A DNA stretch of 64,000 bases from Malacoraja senta (Eukaryota): the NCBI GenBank assembly GCA_038087875.1, contig CM075977.1, positions 227,726,001 to 227,790,000 of the forward strand. The letters are read 5' to 3'. The notes beneath the pieces were generated by a model, which was not told where the DNA came from, did no database searches, and was given only the letters and a program-made list of their open reading frames with translations. Numbering within the stretch: position 1 is the stretch's first letter; each line of letters begins with the position of its first letter. Position numbers and translations under genes: made by a program. Shown piece after piece: positions 12,701-24,802 of the stretch.

Positions 12701-14492
12701 CTATGTGTTCATTTTGCATAAATGTCTCTCATTTGCATAAATGCCTCATGGTTGAGCACTTGCAGGCCAGATAAAATGATGCAGCAGATCTGCACGTTAC
12801 CCACTTTTAGTATACCCACTTGTTGATATTCTCAAAAACACTTCCAAAGGGAATCCAAAAATGATGTATATAGAGTACACTCAATGAACATATATAACAT
12901 CAAACTCAATGTAACTTTCTTTCTTTACATCAGCCTTGCAATCTTCACTTATTATAATAACAACATGATAGAAAATCTGTGGCTCTCTTCATGGATTGTG
13001 CTCAACATTTTAGGATGTGAGCACATACAAACCATTTACATTTTGCATCTGATCATACTGCATCGAAAATTGGAGTCCAAATATATCACCGCAACTCATC
13101 TGGTCATGTGTAAAGTCAGAACAGAAGCATAAATATAATCCAATTAATTTTATTAATTCTGCAGATCTAAACTTGTACCCCGAGCAAAGAATCTCATATT
13201 TGTTAAAATATGGACAGCTTGAATATATTAATCATTCTATAAATGCTTAGAGTGCCGATTTATATGAGTCTTTTTACAATACTGGAGAGATTTTGAGGAA
13301 CAAGATTATTATTCAGGTTTTTACACCATTACACTGTTCTTAACAAAAATCTACCCATCATGTGAAACCTTATAAATAACAGATATAAAGTAGATCAAGA
13401 CCGAAAGTAAAAAACTTTTTTCATAACAGACAAATTTTCATCGTTTTACCACCATTTTGGACACCAAAAATGCCACATTTAGTCATGAATATTTAATTCA
13501 TAAATAAACTTCATATGGCCCCTCATACATATACGCTTTGATAATGATCTAGGGAAATTTCTTCATCAATATCAGGAGAAAAATACAGTAACATGTCTGG
13601 TATTCCGCCTCGCAATGATCCCGTAACGGTCGTTTAACTTGGTGTCCATTGTCACAAGACCGTTATCGGGGTCGGTACCTCCGTCAGTTAAACCACGGAG
13701 GCTCCAAACCTCTAATGCTTTTCAAAAACCCAACGAGGTATCCTATGGTAGTAGTGATTTTTGGCCGAGTTAATTATTTTTTCTTTTTTTCCAATTTAAT
13801 ATATCAAAAACTTTGTGGTGTCACAAACGCAACGACTGTTTACGATATATTTTCTGACTTTTTAAAATCAATAAAAAAAGTTTTTCGGACATAAATTGGT
13901 CATCAAAATTAAGAAACTGAGCCAATCTTCAATTTCGCAACACTGTCTCTTGTTTACCTTTCGTACGGACCAAGTCGCATTGCGGTGTCCATTCAGATGG
14001 ATACAGTATTCTACTACATGATCAGGTGAATGAAGTGGAAATGGTGTTTGCAATTTTATTGTTCCATGTGGTATTCATAAACATAGAAAGGAATAAGAAA
14101 TACATGCACTTACTGTGCCAACCTGGTCACTGGTGGACACCACGCGACAACCGTTACACAAAATGTATTTGTGTGTTCTGATGCCATTTTCGGAAACTTG
14201 CCATCAATATTCTATCTTTTCTTATATTTTTTGTTGATACTATGTTAGTCATGAACCCAATAAAGAGCTTGTCAACTTTTTTGAAGTAATTTGAAATTTT
14301 ACCCCTTTTGTCACATTATTGTGTTCAGTATTGTAAAAAGACACATATGTTTTAGATGGAATACGACTGAGATGGAAAACCAAGTGCAGGTCGTATTTTA
14401 CTGCTTTTGTACCTTCATACAATTTAACTACAGCTTAAAATATCAATTTTAGCACAATTATTTACGCTCAGATTATTTACACTAATATATTG

Positions 14493-14993
14493 TCTGGGCT
14501 CAACTTGCAAAAATAAACTTGCATGGGGCAGTAGAGGTCGTTCTGACAACTATTTATTTTGAGTTTTTAATGTTGAAGAACTGTTCTTGGGTATCTCAAT
14601 GGTGTAATTAGGCAAAATAACTAAAGGGCCTGTCCCACTTTCACGACCTAATTCACGACCTTTTTTACTTGTGGACATTTTTCATCATGTTAAAAAAACA
14701 CCCCGACCTACTTGATGCCACGAGTACCTACGACTAGCATCACGACCTGCTACGACCTACCTACGACCTCCTACGACCTCATGACGACCATGCTGCGAGT
14801 ATGAGTCAAGGGCAAACTCGGCAGAGGTCGTGAATTAGGTCGTGAAAGTGGGACAGGCCCTTTAGTTTTTTTGCCTAATTACACCATTGAGATACCCAAG
14901 AACAGTTCTTCAACCTTAAAAACTCAAAATAAATAGTTGTCAGAACGACCTCTACTGCACCATGCAAGTTTATTTTTGCAAGTTGAGCCCAGA
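14493..14993. repeat. ~500-bp palindrome: ~130-bp inverted flanks continuous with MITE TIRs
   Basis: 14493-14624 is the reverse complement of 14862-14993 with about 3 mismatches. Confidence 0.95.
14625..14861. mobile_element. PIF/Harbinger-type MITE (second subfamily)
   Basis: Same AGGGCCTGTCCCACT termini; internal ACGACC repeats. Confidence 0.85.
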
Positions 14994-15865
14994 ACTTAGT
15001 TTAGGGCTATTCAGAGGAACAAACGCATTTCAAATAAACAGACACTCAGCAATATTTAACATTTCTAAATAACATGTGGTGGTAATTCTGCTGGATGTTA
15101 TTTTCAAGTGACAGAAATAGCAGGTTAACCAGTGTACTAGATTGACATGAGATTCCAATCCAGCTTTGACAACAAGCAATATAATTCTTACAAAAACAAA
15201 ATTAATCAAAGACAATTTAAAAACATCAACATGGAGTAGACCCACTGGACGCATGGCATAATTAATGACACTAGATTTTTTGACTGGCTTTATAAAAAAA
15301 CTTCTTGGAATCACAGACGTTTAAGATTTTCTGACACCCTGTGAATGTTGTAACAATAAAACATCAAACAGATAGGATTTTATGACACTGATAATAGCCT
15401 GCGATGGAATTAGCAACATCATCATAAGAATTTGAAACTGAACATTAAGTTTTCTGCCACTGATGAGTTTGTGACAAAATGGAAATAATATCCACTAATT
15501 TGCATCTGTCACTCATCTGCAGTCTCTTCTTGTGGTATTTGCTATGCAGTGTGGGATTAGATTTGTAATGCTGCTCCTGATAGATTCACAGCAGATGTGG
15601 AAGACAGAACAACAACTCAGCAGCAATGATTAAGGAAAAGTAGACTTATACGCCTTGAAGCTCAATAAGCAGGAGTGGAACATTGAGGATAGTCAATAAA
15701 AGGAAAAGGCCATTCATCAATATTTCACAGTGGTGCTTTTAACTGAGGTTGAAAATGTTTAGGCTGAGGGAAGTGTGGTGCTTAAGGAGTAATATCAACC
15801 ATCTGGAGTGGGGAAGTGCTGGCAAACCCTTAACCCGCTATCCCCTCCCACCCAACAAAAATTAT

Positions 15866-15957
15866 TAAGAAGGGTCTCGACCCGAAACGTCACCCATTCC
15901 TTCTCTCCAGAGATGCTATCTGTCCTGCCGAGTTACCCCAGCATTTTGTGTCTATCT
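15866..15957 (+). mobile_element. short Penelope pseudo-LTR module with damaged hammerhead core
   Basis: ttaagaagggtctcgacccgaaacgtcacccattccttctctccagagatgct, same module as 60638-60725. Confidence 0.8.
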
Positions 15958-16139
15958 AAGAGTTATTATACATTGTTTTCAAAGTTCTCATGTTTGATCA
16001 GCTATTCTAGAAAGTTTTGCTCAAAGATTGTGATTACATTTGATATCGGCAATCCCTTACTATCTTCCTTCACATTTTCTCAGCATCTCCAATAATATGA
16101 TACCTCTATGGTGTTGACACCTGATTAATATCTCTAGTA

Positions 16140-16687
16140 TTTGCTTTAATCCCATCACAGTATCAGAATAGTTACACCACAGGAGGCAGCCATTTGGTCC
16201 ATACCATCTCCATGTAAAGCAGCCCAGCTCATTCCATTCTTACCCTCTTCTTACAGCCCTGCAAAGGCTTTCCTTTCAAATAGTTATCTTCTTCCTTTTG
16301 AATATCTCCACTACGACCCATGATAATGTATGCCAGACACTGCCTGTACGTAAAAAAACCCATGTGTATCACTTTTGATTTTTTTTGCGAATCATCTTGA
16401 TTTAATGTAACTCAGTTCTTGACCTCTCTGCCAATGGAACGGATTTTCTTTATTTATTCAATCTCAACCATTCTTTATTTTAAATAATTCTATCAGATTT
16501 CCTTGCAACCTTCTCCATTCCAGGCACAACAACCCCAGCTTCTCTATTTGTCCACATAACTATTCTCTATCATCCCAAGAAATATTTTGAAAAATCACTT
16601 CTGTATCTTCTAATATGCATTGTCCAGAATTGGACACAATCTAAACAATCTAAATTTTAAATAAAGGTTCATTACGATTTCCTGCCA
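16140..16687 (-). mobile_element. old CR1 remnant split by the Helitron (continues ~27727-27930 and ~28430-29070)
   Basis: Degenerate antisense CR1 3' sequence resumes colinearly after the Helitron CTAG. Confidence 0.6.
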
Positions 16688-16894
16688 TCTATCTATATTA
16701 CTAAAAGTAAGATCGTGACTGCTTTTGGCTCGCTGTGCTTTGAGAGAATGCCGCCACCTACGGCTGTCATTTTTGGCCACCTCGCTCAGAACCCCCCTCT
16801 GGACTGGACCGGAGGATCTTTCCCATCGATGAAAAATCAGAGAGATATTAATGTTTAAAAAAAATTACCATTCTGTCTGCTGCCCCCGCTGGCG

Positions 16895-17024
16895 GCAGGG
16901 GGGAGGGACTATAAAACCCGGAAGTGTCGTGCCTCACTCAGTCTCTGCCAGACGGAGGAAGCGAGAGGGTCAAGGCTCTCTGACCTGCGAATAACACTGA
17001 ACGCACGTCTACTCCACGGTGAGT
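16895..17024 (+). promoter_or_regulatory. Helitron-borne Pol II core promoter plus first exon and splice donor (putative)
   Basis: G-rich box, TATAAAA at 16910, CCGGAAGT ETS site, Inr TCAGTC with A at 16940 (30 nt from TATA), ACG|GTGAGT donor at 17019. Confidence 0.65.
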
Positions 17025-17039
17025 CCCCAGGATGTGGTT

Positions 17040-18050
17040 TTCAGCAAACTAATGTGTTTTGTTGGCTTGCTAAGTGTTTTTTGCCCAATTGGCTTTTTTA
17101 AGTGCTTTCAGCAAACGAGTGTGTTTTGTTGGCTTGCTAAGTGTTTTTTTGCCCAATTGGCTTTTTAAAGTGCTTTCAGCAAACAAATGTGTTTTGTTGG
17201 CTTGCTAAGTGTTTTTGCCCAATTGGCTTTTTAAAGTGCTTTCAGCAAACGAGTGTGTTTTGTTGGCTTGATAAGTGTTTTTTGCCCAATTGGCTTTTTA
17301 CAGTGCTTTCAGCAAACGAATGTGTTTTGTTGGCTTGCTAAGTGTTTTTTGCCCAATTGGCTTTTTACAGTGCTTTCAGCAAACGAATGTGTTATGTTGG
17401 CTTACTAAGTGTTTTTTGCCCAATTGGCTTGGCTTTTTAAAGGGCTTGCTTGCAACAGTTTTCGGATAGATAACGTGTGTTTTGTTGGCTTGCTAAGTGT
17501 TTTTTGTCCAAGGCTTTTTACAGTGCTTTCAGCAAACGAATGTCTTTTTTTGGCTTGCTAAATGTTTTTTGCCCAATTGGCATTTTACAGTGCTTTCAGC
17601 AAACAAATGTGTTTTGTTGGCTTGCTAAGTGTTTTTTGCCCAATTGGCTTGGCTTTTAAAGGGCTTGCTTGCAACAGTTTTCGGATGGCTAAAGTGTGTT
17701 TTGTTGGCTTGCTAAGTGTTTTTTGCCCAATTGGCTTTTTAAAGTGCTTTCAGCAAACAAGTGTTTTGTTGGCTTGCTACGTGTTTTTTGCCCAATTGGC
17801 TTTTTTAAAGTGCTTTCAGCAAACGACTGTGTTTTGTTGGCTTGCAAAATGTTTTTTGCCCAATTGGCTTTTTACAGTGCTTTCAGCAAACGAATGTGTT
17901 TTGTTCGCTTACTAAGTCTTTTTTGCCCAATTGGCTTATTACAGTGCTTTCAGCAAATGAATGTGTTTTGTTAGCTTGCTACGTGTTTTTTGACCAACTG
18001 GCTTGGCTTTTAAAGGGCTTGCTTGCAATAGTTTTTGGATGGATAAAGTG
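17040..18050 (+). repeat. ~66-67-bp minisatellite, about 14 units, with a recurring longer variant
   Basis: Unit tcagcaaacgaatgtgttttgttggcttgctaagtgttttttgcccaattggctttttaaagtgctt; variant with aaagggcttgcttgcaacagttttcggat appears three times. Confidence 0.95.
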
Positions 18051-18134
18051 AATAAACATTTTATTAGATCAGAACTGTGTTTAATTTCAAAATTGGCGCT
18101 AATTCTGTGATTTTCGCTTAGTTGCAAGATAGCG

Positions 18135-18280
18135 CCGATGTCGTCATTTCCGGTTAGCGGCATGCTGGCGCAGTGCGTCATTTCCGGTTCGTGGCAAGCA
18201 GCGAGAGGGTGACGTCAAGATGGCGCAGAGTGCAGGCGCCTTTGAATAATTCAAGAGAGCTGACTGTCTATGGTGAGTGT
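18135..18280 (+). promoter_or_regulatory. CpG-rich housekeeping-type motif cluster
   Basis: Two CGTCATTTCCGG (ETS-CRE composite), TGACGTCA at 18210, CAAGATGGCG (YY1) at 18216, ATG|GTGAGT donor at 18273. Confidence 0.5.
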
Positions 18281-18673
18281 GTTTGTTGGATGTTATTTAA
18301 AGCACGTTTTTGCTTCAGCACCAGCAGCCTCTACAGGAGGCTTTAAAGATTTGTTTTACACACTGTATATTCAACATGTTCTGAAGTTACTTGGCATTTT
18401 AGTATTGGGTGAGNNNNNNNNNNNNNNNNNNNNNNNNNNNNNNNNNNNNNNNNNNNNNNNNNNNNNNNNNNNNNNNNNNNNNNNNNNNNNNNNNNNNNNN
18501 NNNNNNNNNNNNNNNNNNNNNNNNNNNNNNNNNNNNNNNNNNNNNNNNNNNNNNNNNNNNNNNNNNNNNNNNNNNNNNNNNNNNNNNNNNNNNNNNNNNN
18601 NNNNNNNNNNNNNNNNNNNNNNNNNNNNNNNNNNNNNNNNNNNNNNNNNNNNNNNNNNNNNNNNNNNNNNNNN

Positions 18674-19006
18674 TGTGTGAATGAGTCTGTGTGTGTGTCT
18701 GTGTGTGAGAATGTGTGTGTGTGTGTGTGTGAATGAGTCTGTGTGTGNNNNNNNNNNNNNNNNNNNNNNNNNNNNNNNNNNNNNNNNNNNNNNNNNNNNN
18801 NNNNNNNNNNNNNNNNNNNNNNNNNNNNNNNNNNNNNNNNNNNNNNNNNNNNNNNNNNNNNNNNNNNNNNNNNNNNNNNNNNNNNNNNNNNNNNNNNNNN
18901 NNNNNNNNNNNNNNNNNNNNNNNNNNNNNNNNNNNNNNNNATGAGTCTGTGTGTGTGTGTGTGAATAAGTCTGTGTGTGTGTGTGTGAATGTGTTGTGTG
19001 TGTGTG
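18674..19006 (+). repeat. (TG)n-rich microsatellite (also 24182-24240)
   Basis: tgtgtgaatgagtctgtgtg units flanking gaps and the DIRS element. Confidence 0.95.
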
Positions 19007-19510
19007 AATAGTAAGATTAAATGAGAACTTACCAGTTTGAAGTTTGATCTTTATTTTATGAGGAGTAACGTTGAGGGATTACGTGAAGAAGACCCCGTCC
19101 AGCCACACATGCGTCAATCTTTCAAAGCAGCGGAGTGACAATCACAGACGATAATTACTGAAGTATGATAGTAAGATGCATAAAGACTTAGAACTACCAG
19201 CTTGATCCTTTTATGAGGGTGGGAGCGGAGGGCACGTAATCCCTCAACGTTACTCCTCATAAAATAAAGATCAAACTTCAAACTGGTAAGTTCTCGTTTA
19301 ATCTTACTATTTTACTTCGGAGTCACGTGAGTGACTACGTGAAGATTTCAAAGCTCTGTGATTTCACACCGTGGATTAAAATCCAGGTGCTCACTGCACT
19401 GATTGACTCTATTTGAGTAAGCACAATCAACAATGCATAACCACAACATTAAATGTAATCAGTTAATGGTTCTATTAATTTTAACAAAAGTAACAAATTA
19501 GGCCCATTTA

Positions 19511-20507
19511 TTATAATGGGGGATTTAATACTGAATCCAGCACGGCATCACTAAACACCCCGAGATCTTTAATCTCCTTATGGTAATACTTGTGAAACAT
19601 CTGTTCACTTGCCCATCCTGCGGCCGCGAGGATAAGGTCTATTGGCACATCTGAATCCCTGGCCGCCGTTGTTGATGCCGCCCTGGTGGAATGAGATCTA
19701 AATTTATCAGTATCAATACCTGAATAAATCAACACCTGTTTCAACCATCTTGAAATTGTCTGTGTTGACACTTTCTTATGAGGCTTTTTATGACTAATAA
19801 AAAATGCCAATTCTGTGCCTCTTAAGATTCTTGTTGTTTCTATGTAACATTTTACATATGTTACTACACATAGCCGTGGATCTGTAGGATATGTTAAAAA
19901 ACTCCAACTTACATCCCGTGAACCCAGGTCTACTTTGCTTCAGTAAATCATAGACATAGAATGTAACGGCATTCGCCCCTACCTTCATTCTGTCAATTCT
20001 TAGTTTCTGTAATGTTTGAACTCTCTGAGCTGAAACTAATGCCATGAGCATAACCAATTTCATGGTGATTTTTGGCTAATGACAGAGTTTCAATAGGATT
20101 CCAATCCTCAGCAGCATCAGTACATCTTTTACATTCCAGATTTCTGTATACCTAGGTCTAGGAGGATTGGAGTTGAAAATTCCTTTCATAAACCTACAGA
20201 CCCAAGGATGTGATCCTATTGGATTTTGTTCTGATTCACTGCTTAAATATGCAGAGAGTTCACTTCATGCAGTATTGATTGCACTATAACTTAATTTTAA
20301 TTTGTAGTATAGAGTTTAAAGAAACTCTATTACATCTGAAATTTCTGCTGTGTTATATGCAATATTCTTTCCTGAACAAAACACCTCCCATTTCTTTATA
20401 TAGGAAATGTACTGCTTCTGGGTACTATTCCTCCAGGCTGCTGTCATAACATCCACCGTACGATCTGATAATCCTTTTCCAAGATATGGCCTTCTTAGAA
20501 TCTGCAA
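19511..20507 (-). pseudogene. DIRS tyrosine recombinase (frameshifted)
   Basis: AWRNSTQKQYISYIKKW, LMALVSAQRVQTL, FRSHSTRAAS, ILAAAGWASEQMFHKYY: R-HxxR-W-Y catalytic signature. Confidence 0.9.
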
Positions 20508-20546
20508 ATCAACAAACCAATACGATCATGTAAAGGATGTGGTTCA

Positions 20547-21041
20547 TCAGTTACAGGGTGTACAAGCAGTTTTATCTGCTTTGGAATAATCATAAGGGGG
20601 TTTTTGATCATTTTTTAACACCAGTGGGTACCATAGCTGTGTAGGCCAATCTGGTACTACCAAAATCCCTGAGGCTGAGTCTTGTTTAATTTTCTGTATG
20701 CTTCTGTTGATTAAACAAAATGATGGAAATGCATACAGAAACATACCACCCCAATGTAGCGAGAAAGCATCCACCGCTACTGCACCAGGATCAGGTTCCC
20801 ATGACACATATTTAGGCAATTGGTGGTTTAGTCTTGATGCAAACAAATCAATCTCTGGCATTCCAAATTGTGTTACAATTTGTGTAAATATTTCCTGATT
20901 TAACATCCATTCTGTATTATCATTAAATTTACGTGATATTTTGCCTGCAATTAAGTTAAATTTTCCTGGTAAATATATTGCTGACAGCCAAATGGTTCCT
21001 GGCAATACACCAGGTCCAAATTTCATTTGCCAATCTATCAC
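20547..21041 (-). pseudogene. DIRS RNase H end and DNA adenine methyltransferase-like domain
   Basis: YLPGKFNLIA, PEIDLFASRLNHQLPKY, AVDAFSLHW, YAFPSF, ILVVPDWPTQLWYP. Confidence 0.85.
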
Positions 21042-22482
21042 ATGATTCTGATTTTGATACCACCCATGTGATTTAGGTATGCTACAGCTGTAGTATTGTC
21101 AACCTGTACCTGAACATGCACATTTCCCATATTAGTGCAAATAAGCTTTAAGGCCATGAAATGCTCCTAACAGCTCTAGGTAATTTATTCCTTAATTTTC
21201 AAGCAAAGGTACTTCATCGACATTCCACCTACCTCCACAGCTGGAAATCATGTTAGTTGCGCCCATCCAAGAGCACTTACATCAGTCTGTAGAATGACGG
21301 AAGGTGTTTCTACCAGAACTTTTCTGGAAGCATTAGAGACAGTGTTAATCCACCATTCTATTTCTGTAATGTATCCAATTGTTAATTTCATGGCCTGTCA
21401 AAATGCCCTGTATTCATTTTTAATGCTTGTACCTTAGCCTTCTGTAAACATTGATAATGCAATGGTCCAAACCTGACAGCTGGAAACCCAGCAATTAATT
21501 TGCCCAGCAAGCTTGCCACTTCTCTAATTGAAGGCTTGTCCTCATTTATGAGTTTAGTGCAATCTTCAATTAACTGTAGCCTTATCTTTTGGCAAGGTGA
21601 TTACCATGTGTTCAGAGTTAATTGTGAACCCTGGCTAATCAATTATTCTTGCTTGGTAACAATTTTGATTTTTGTAGGTGAATAATGAAACCCATTTTTT
21701 CAAAATGTATTTGACTCTAGATACTTACAATATTGCAGTAGCCAAAGTGTCCCGCACAATCAGAATATCCTCTAAATAAACCATTAATACATGGCCCTCA
21801 GCTCTTAGCAGAGCTAAATTGGTTTGAATAATTTTAGTGAATAATCTTGGTGCTGATGTCAGGCCATTGGGCAATGCTTTAAATTGCCATAACTGACATC
21901 CATCTAAATTTCAAATATCTTTGATCAATACCATGCATTTCACAGAATAATATGCATTTTGCAGATCTGTGCTTGCCATGTAGCAATTCTTTGTGACCAG
22001 CTGAATGGCATTTAGTAAATGTTTCCATTTTGGAATGTTTCTATTGTACATAAAGGTTTAACATTTTTCAGATCCGAAAGGATTCTACATCCACCATCCT
22101 TTTTTTTTTTTTTTTTTTTCTCTTCTGGGAAATATTTGACACAAACTGATGGTGTTGTTCTACTGACTTTTCTATAACCTCCTTTTCCGCATAAAATTTT
22201 CAATTCTCCCTTGATCAACTTATTCTGTTCCTTTGAGAAAATCCGTGACCAGTTTGAATTATGCTGAATTGGAGGATCCAAACGTGGAGTGAACTCAATT
22301 TTGAATCCTACAATGCTACATAGAATAAATGAATAATTTGTTATTGATTGCCATTCTTTTAGGAAGAATCGTAACCTTCCCTCTATTTGTGAGTGTGAAA
22401 CATTTGTTGTGTTTCTTACCAGACCAAGCCCCCCTACCTCGGGGTTTGCCACCGGCAATTGTTGTCCCCTTCTAGTAGACAC
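21042..22482 (-). pseudogene. DIRS reverse transcriptase/RNase H (degenerate)
   Basis: GRLRFFLKEWQSIT, KKDGGCRILSDLK, LPNGLTSAPRLFTK, VYLEDIL (YLDD altered), multiple frameshifts. Confidence 0.85.
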
Positions 22483-22630
22483 ATTGTAACCTCCACGTAT
22501 CCTTGGTGCAGCACGTCAACGTGTATACGAGAATGATAGGGTTGTTCCTTCTCCTGCACCAGCATTTCGCCTGTAGGGATACTGCCTTCGCACCGCTCTG
22601 CTCAGCATAGGTAATCCTTTAGCTTCTTTG

Positions 22631-23759
22631 CTAGATTTTCTCCATATTTGGTGTTATTGTATTTTTACGAATACAATTTATTTCAAAGTGCGCACTACAC
22701 ATGAGTGCTAAGGCATTTTGTTGTGAATTCGATATAAAATCTTCATCCAATACCTCCATAGTTAATTCCTTGGGCTGATGGGAGAGTAGATAATTTATAG
22801 TCATAGCTATTTCCTCTCTCAAAGGTTCCCCTGTTACTGTGGGAACAGCAAACATTTGTGCCAGCCTTGGAACATTTTAGCTCTGATAATGGACTCTGGT
22901 CCTGATATAAATCATCATTTGAATCTAGATATTCATCTTTATGTTGGGTAATTTCTGGCTCCCCTGTTCCAGGTAAGTCTCTGCCAGATTCCCCCTGCGC
23001 GGGCTCTCTTGTAGGCCCACGGATAGGCAGCCCTGTTTCAGGTGCTGCTGGTGCTGGCTCAACTCTAGGCCAACGCTTCATAATGTTTTCTTTTGAAATT
23101 GTCGGTGCTGGCACATATGTACGGTTGTACTGTCTTTGCTCAGACATTTGTGGTACTGGCTCTCAGTAGGCCAGCACATATATTGCCTTTTTACGGGCAT
23201 TCCTGGCACTGGCTCTCCTGTAGGCCAGCACATATATTGCCTTTTTGCGGGCATTTCTGGCACTGGCTCTCCTGTAGGCCAACCACTGTAATAGCTTTTC
23301 ACAGGTATTTCCGATGGCTCTCCTGTAGGCCACCCTTGTGCCTGTCCCATCCAAGGCACACTCTGTGCTATCCTTTATTGGCCAACACCGACCTAAATCC
23401 TCCTGTGGGAGTTCTTCGTAAATCATTTTTCCCCTCAGGAGCTCTAAGCTAGCGACCCTTGCAGCCATAATATTTTCTGCTTCAGGAGGGTATACCTCTG
23501 GGTCTAACTCATCCGAGTCTACAGGTCGGGCCGACTTTTGTCCAGCCTTGCGCCCCGCCGCCGGCGGTTTAACAGCACATTCGACCGCAACGGGAGTTAA
23601 ATGGCTTCGATGCCACTGACTCCTCTGCCTGACGCCCGCTACCCTTAGAATCTGGGGTTTTACCTGCGGTGCGTCCCTGTCCTCTCCTTCCCCTACGTTC
23701 TTTTCCCATTGTAACTTGTGTGGACCTCTACCAACACGTCTGAGCGGGAAGAAAAGCAC
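22631..23759 (-). pseudogene. DIRS ORF1/gag-like region with 54-bp coding repeat
   Basis: Overlapping broken ORFs upstream of RT; 18-aa repeat WPTGEPVPxMPxKRQYMC at ~23150-23335. Confidence 0.65.
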
Positions 23760-24802
23760 CCTGTAAGTGAAAATGAAACCACTTACCTTCCGACTTTTAC
23801 TTTAACTTTGCTTTTTACTCACCGGCTGGAGGAGCTCCTGCTCCTCCACACACGGTCATGAACGCTATGCGTCTGATCGATATGACGCGTGTGCGGCTGG
23901 ACGGGGTCTTCTTCACGTAGTCANNNNNNNNNNNNNNNNNNNNNNNNNNNNNNNNNNNNNNNNNNNNNNNNNNNNNNNNNNNNNNNNNNNNNNNNNNNNN
24001 NNNNNNNNNNNNNNNNNNNNNNNNNNNNNNNNNNNNNNNNNNNNNNNNNNNNNNNNNNNNNNNNNNNNNNNNNNNNNNNNNNNNNNNNNNNNNNNNNNNN
24101 NNNNNNNNNNNNNNNNNNNNNNNNNNNNNNNNNNNNNNNNNNNNNNNNNNNNNNNNNNNNNNNNNNNNNNNNNNNNNNNNNCGTGCGTGAGAGAGAGAGT
24201 CTGTGTGTGAGTGTCTGTGTGAGGTGGAGGGTGTGTGTGATCAACAAATAACAAATAGTACAAATAATATAGTATTTTGTAGTTCAGAGCTTATTTGTTA
24301 TGTTTAATAGCCTGATGGCTGTCAGGAAGAAGCTGTTCCTCAATGTGGATGTTACAGTTTTCAGTTTACAAAAGTCGGACGTGACTCCAGAAGTCGGGCA
24401 TCAGTCAGTCCGTCCACAAGCCGTGAGTCAGTCAGTCAGTCCAAAGGCCATGAGTTAATCCCAAGGCAGGAGTGAGTCCAGAGGCCATGAGTAAGTCACT
24501 CACCGCCCCCCCCCCCACTGACATCCCCCACCTCAAGACACTGCCCTCCTCCTGGCTATAGGATGCGCCCCCTCCTGCCCCCTACTGAAGCCGCCCACAT
24601 CCCCCGCTGGAGGACACCCCCCCTTTCTCATCAGCTCACGAGAGCCCCCGCCTGAAGCTGTCCCCCTCCCTTGGCTGCACGACCTTTGCCACCCTCCACC
24701 CTACCCTGACAGCCCCCGCCTCAAAAAAATGTTTTGCACAAATTCTTCAGTGTTCATTAACAACTGAAATTGTCTTTGGGCTGCTTTTTCGACATCATGT
24801 CA

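Larger units (their letters stand above)
19007..23923 (-). mobile_element. near full-length DIRS1-like tyrosine-recombinase retrotransposon
   Basis: gag-RT/RH-MT-YR order on minus; ITR 19080-19117 vs 23883-23920; ICR 19233-19345 complementary to both termini; 5' end runs into the gap. Confidence 0.93.

Noticed and set aside
12710-12745. Octamer-like ATTTGCAT repeat suggesting an immunoglobulin promoter
   Set aside because: No leader, V exon or heptamer-spacer-nonamer RSS found at the CACAGTG sites I checked.
17040-18050. Regular repeat resembling a CRISPR array, with Cys/Phe-rich ORFs
   Set aside because: Contiguous tandem units, no unique spacers, eukaryotic context.
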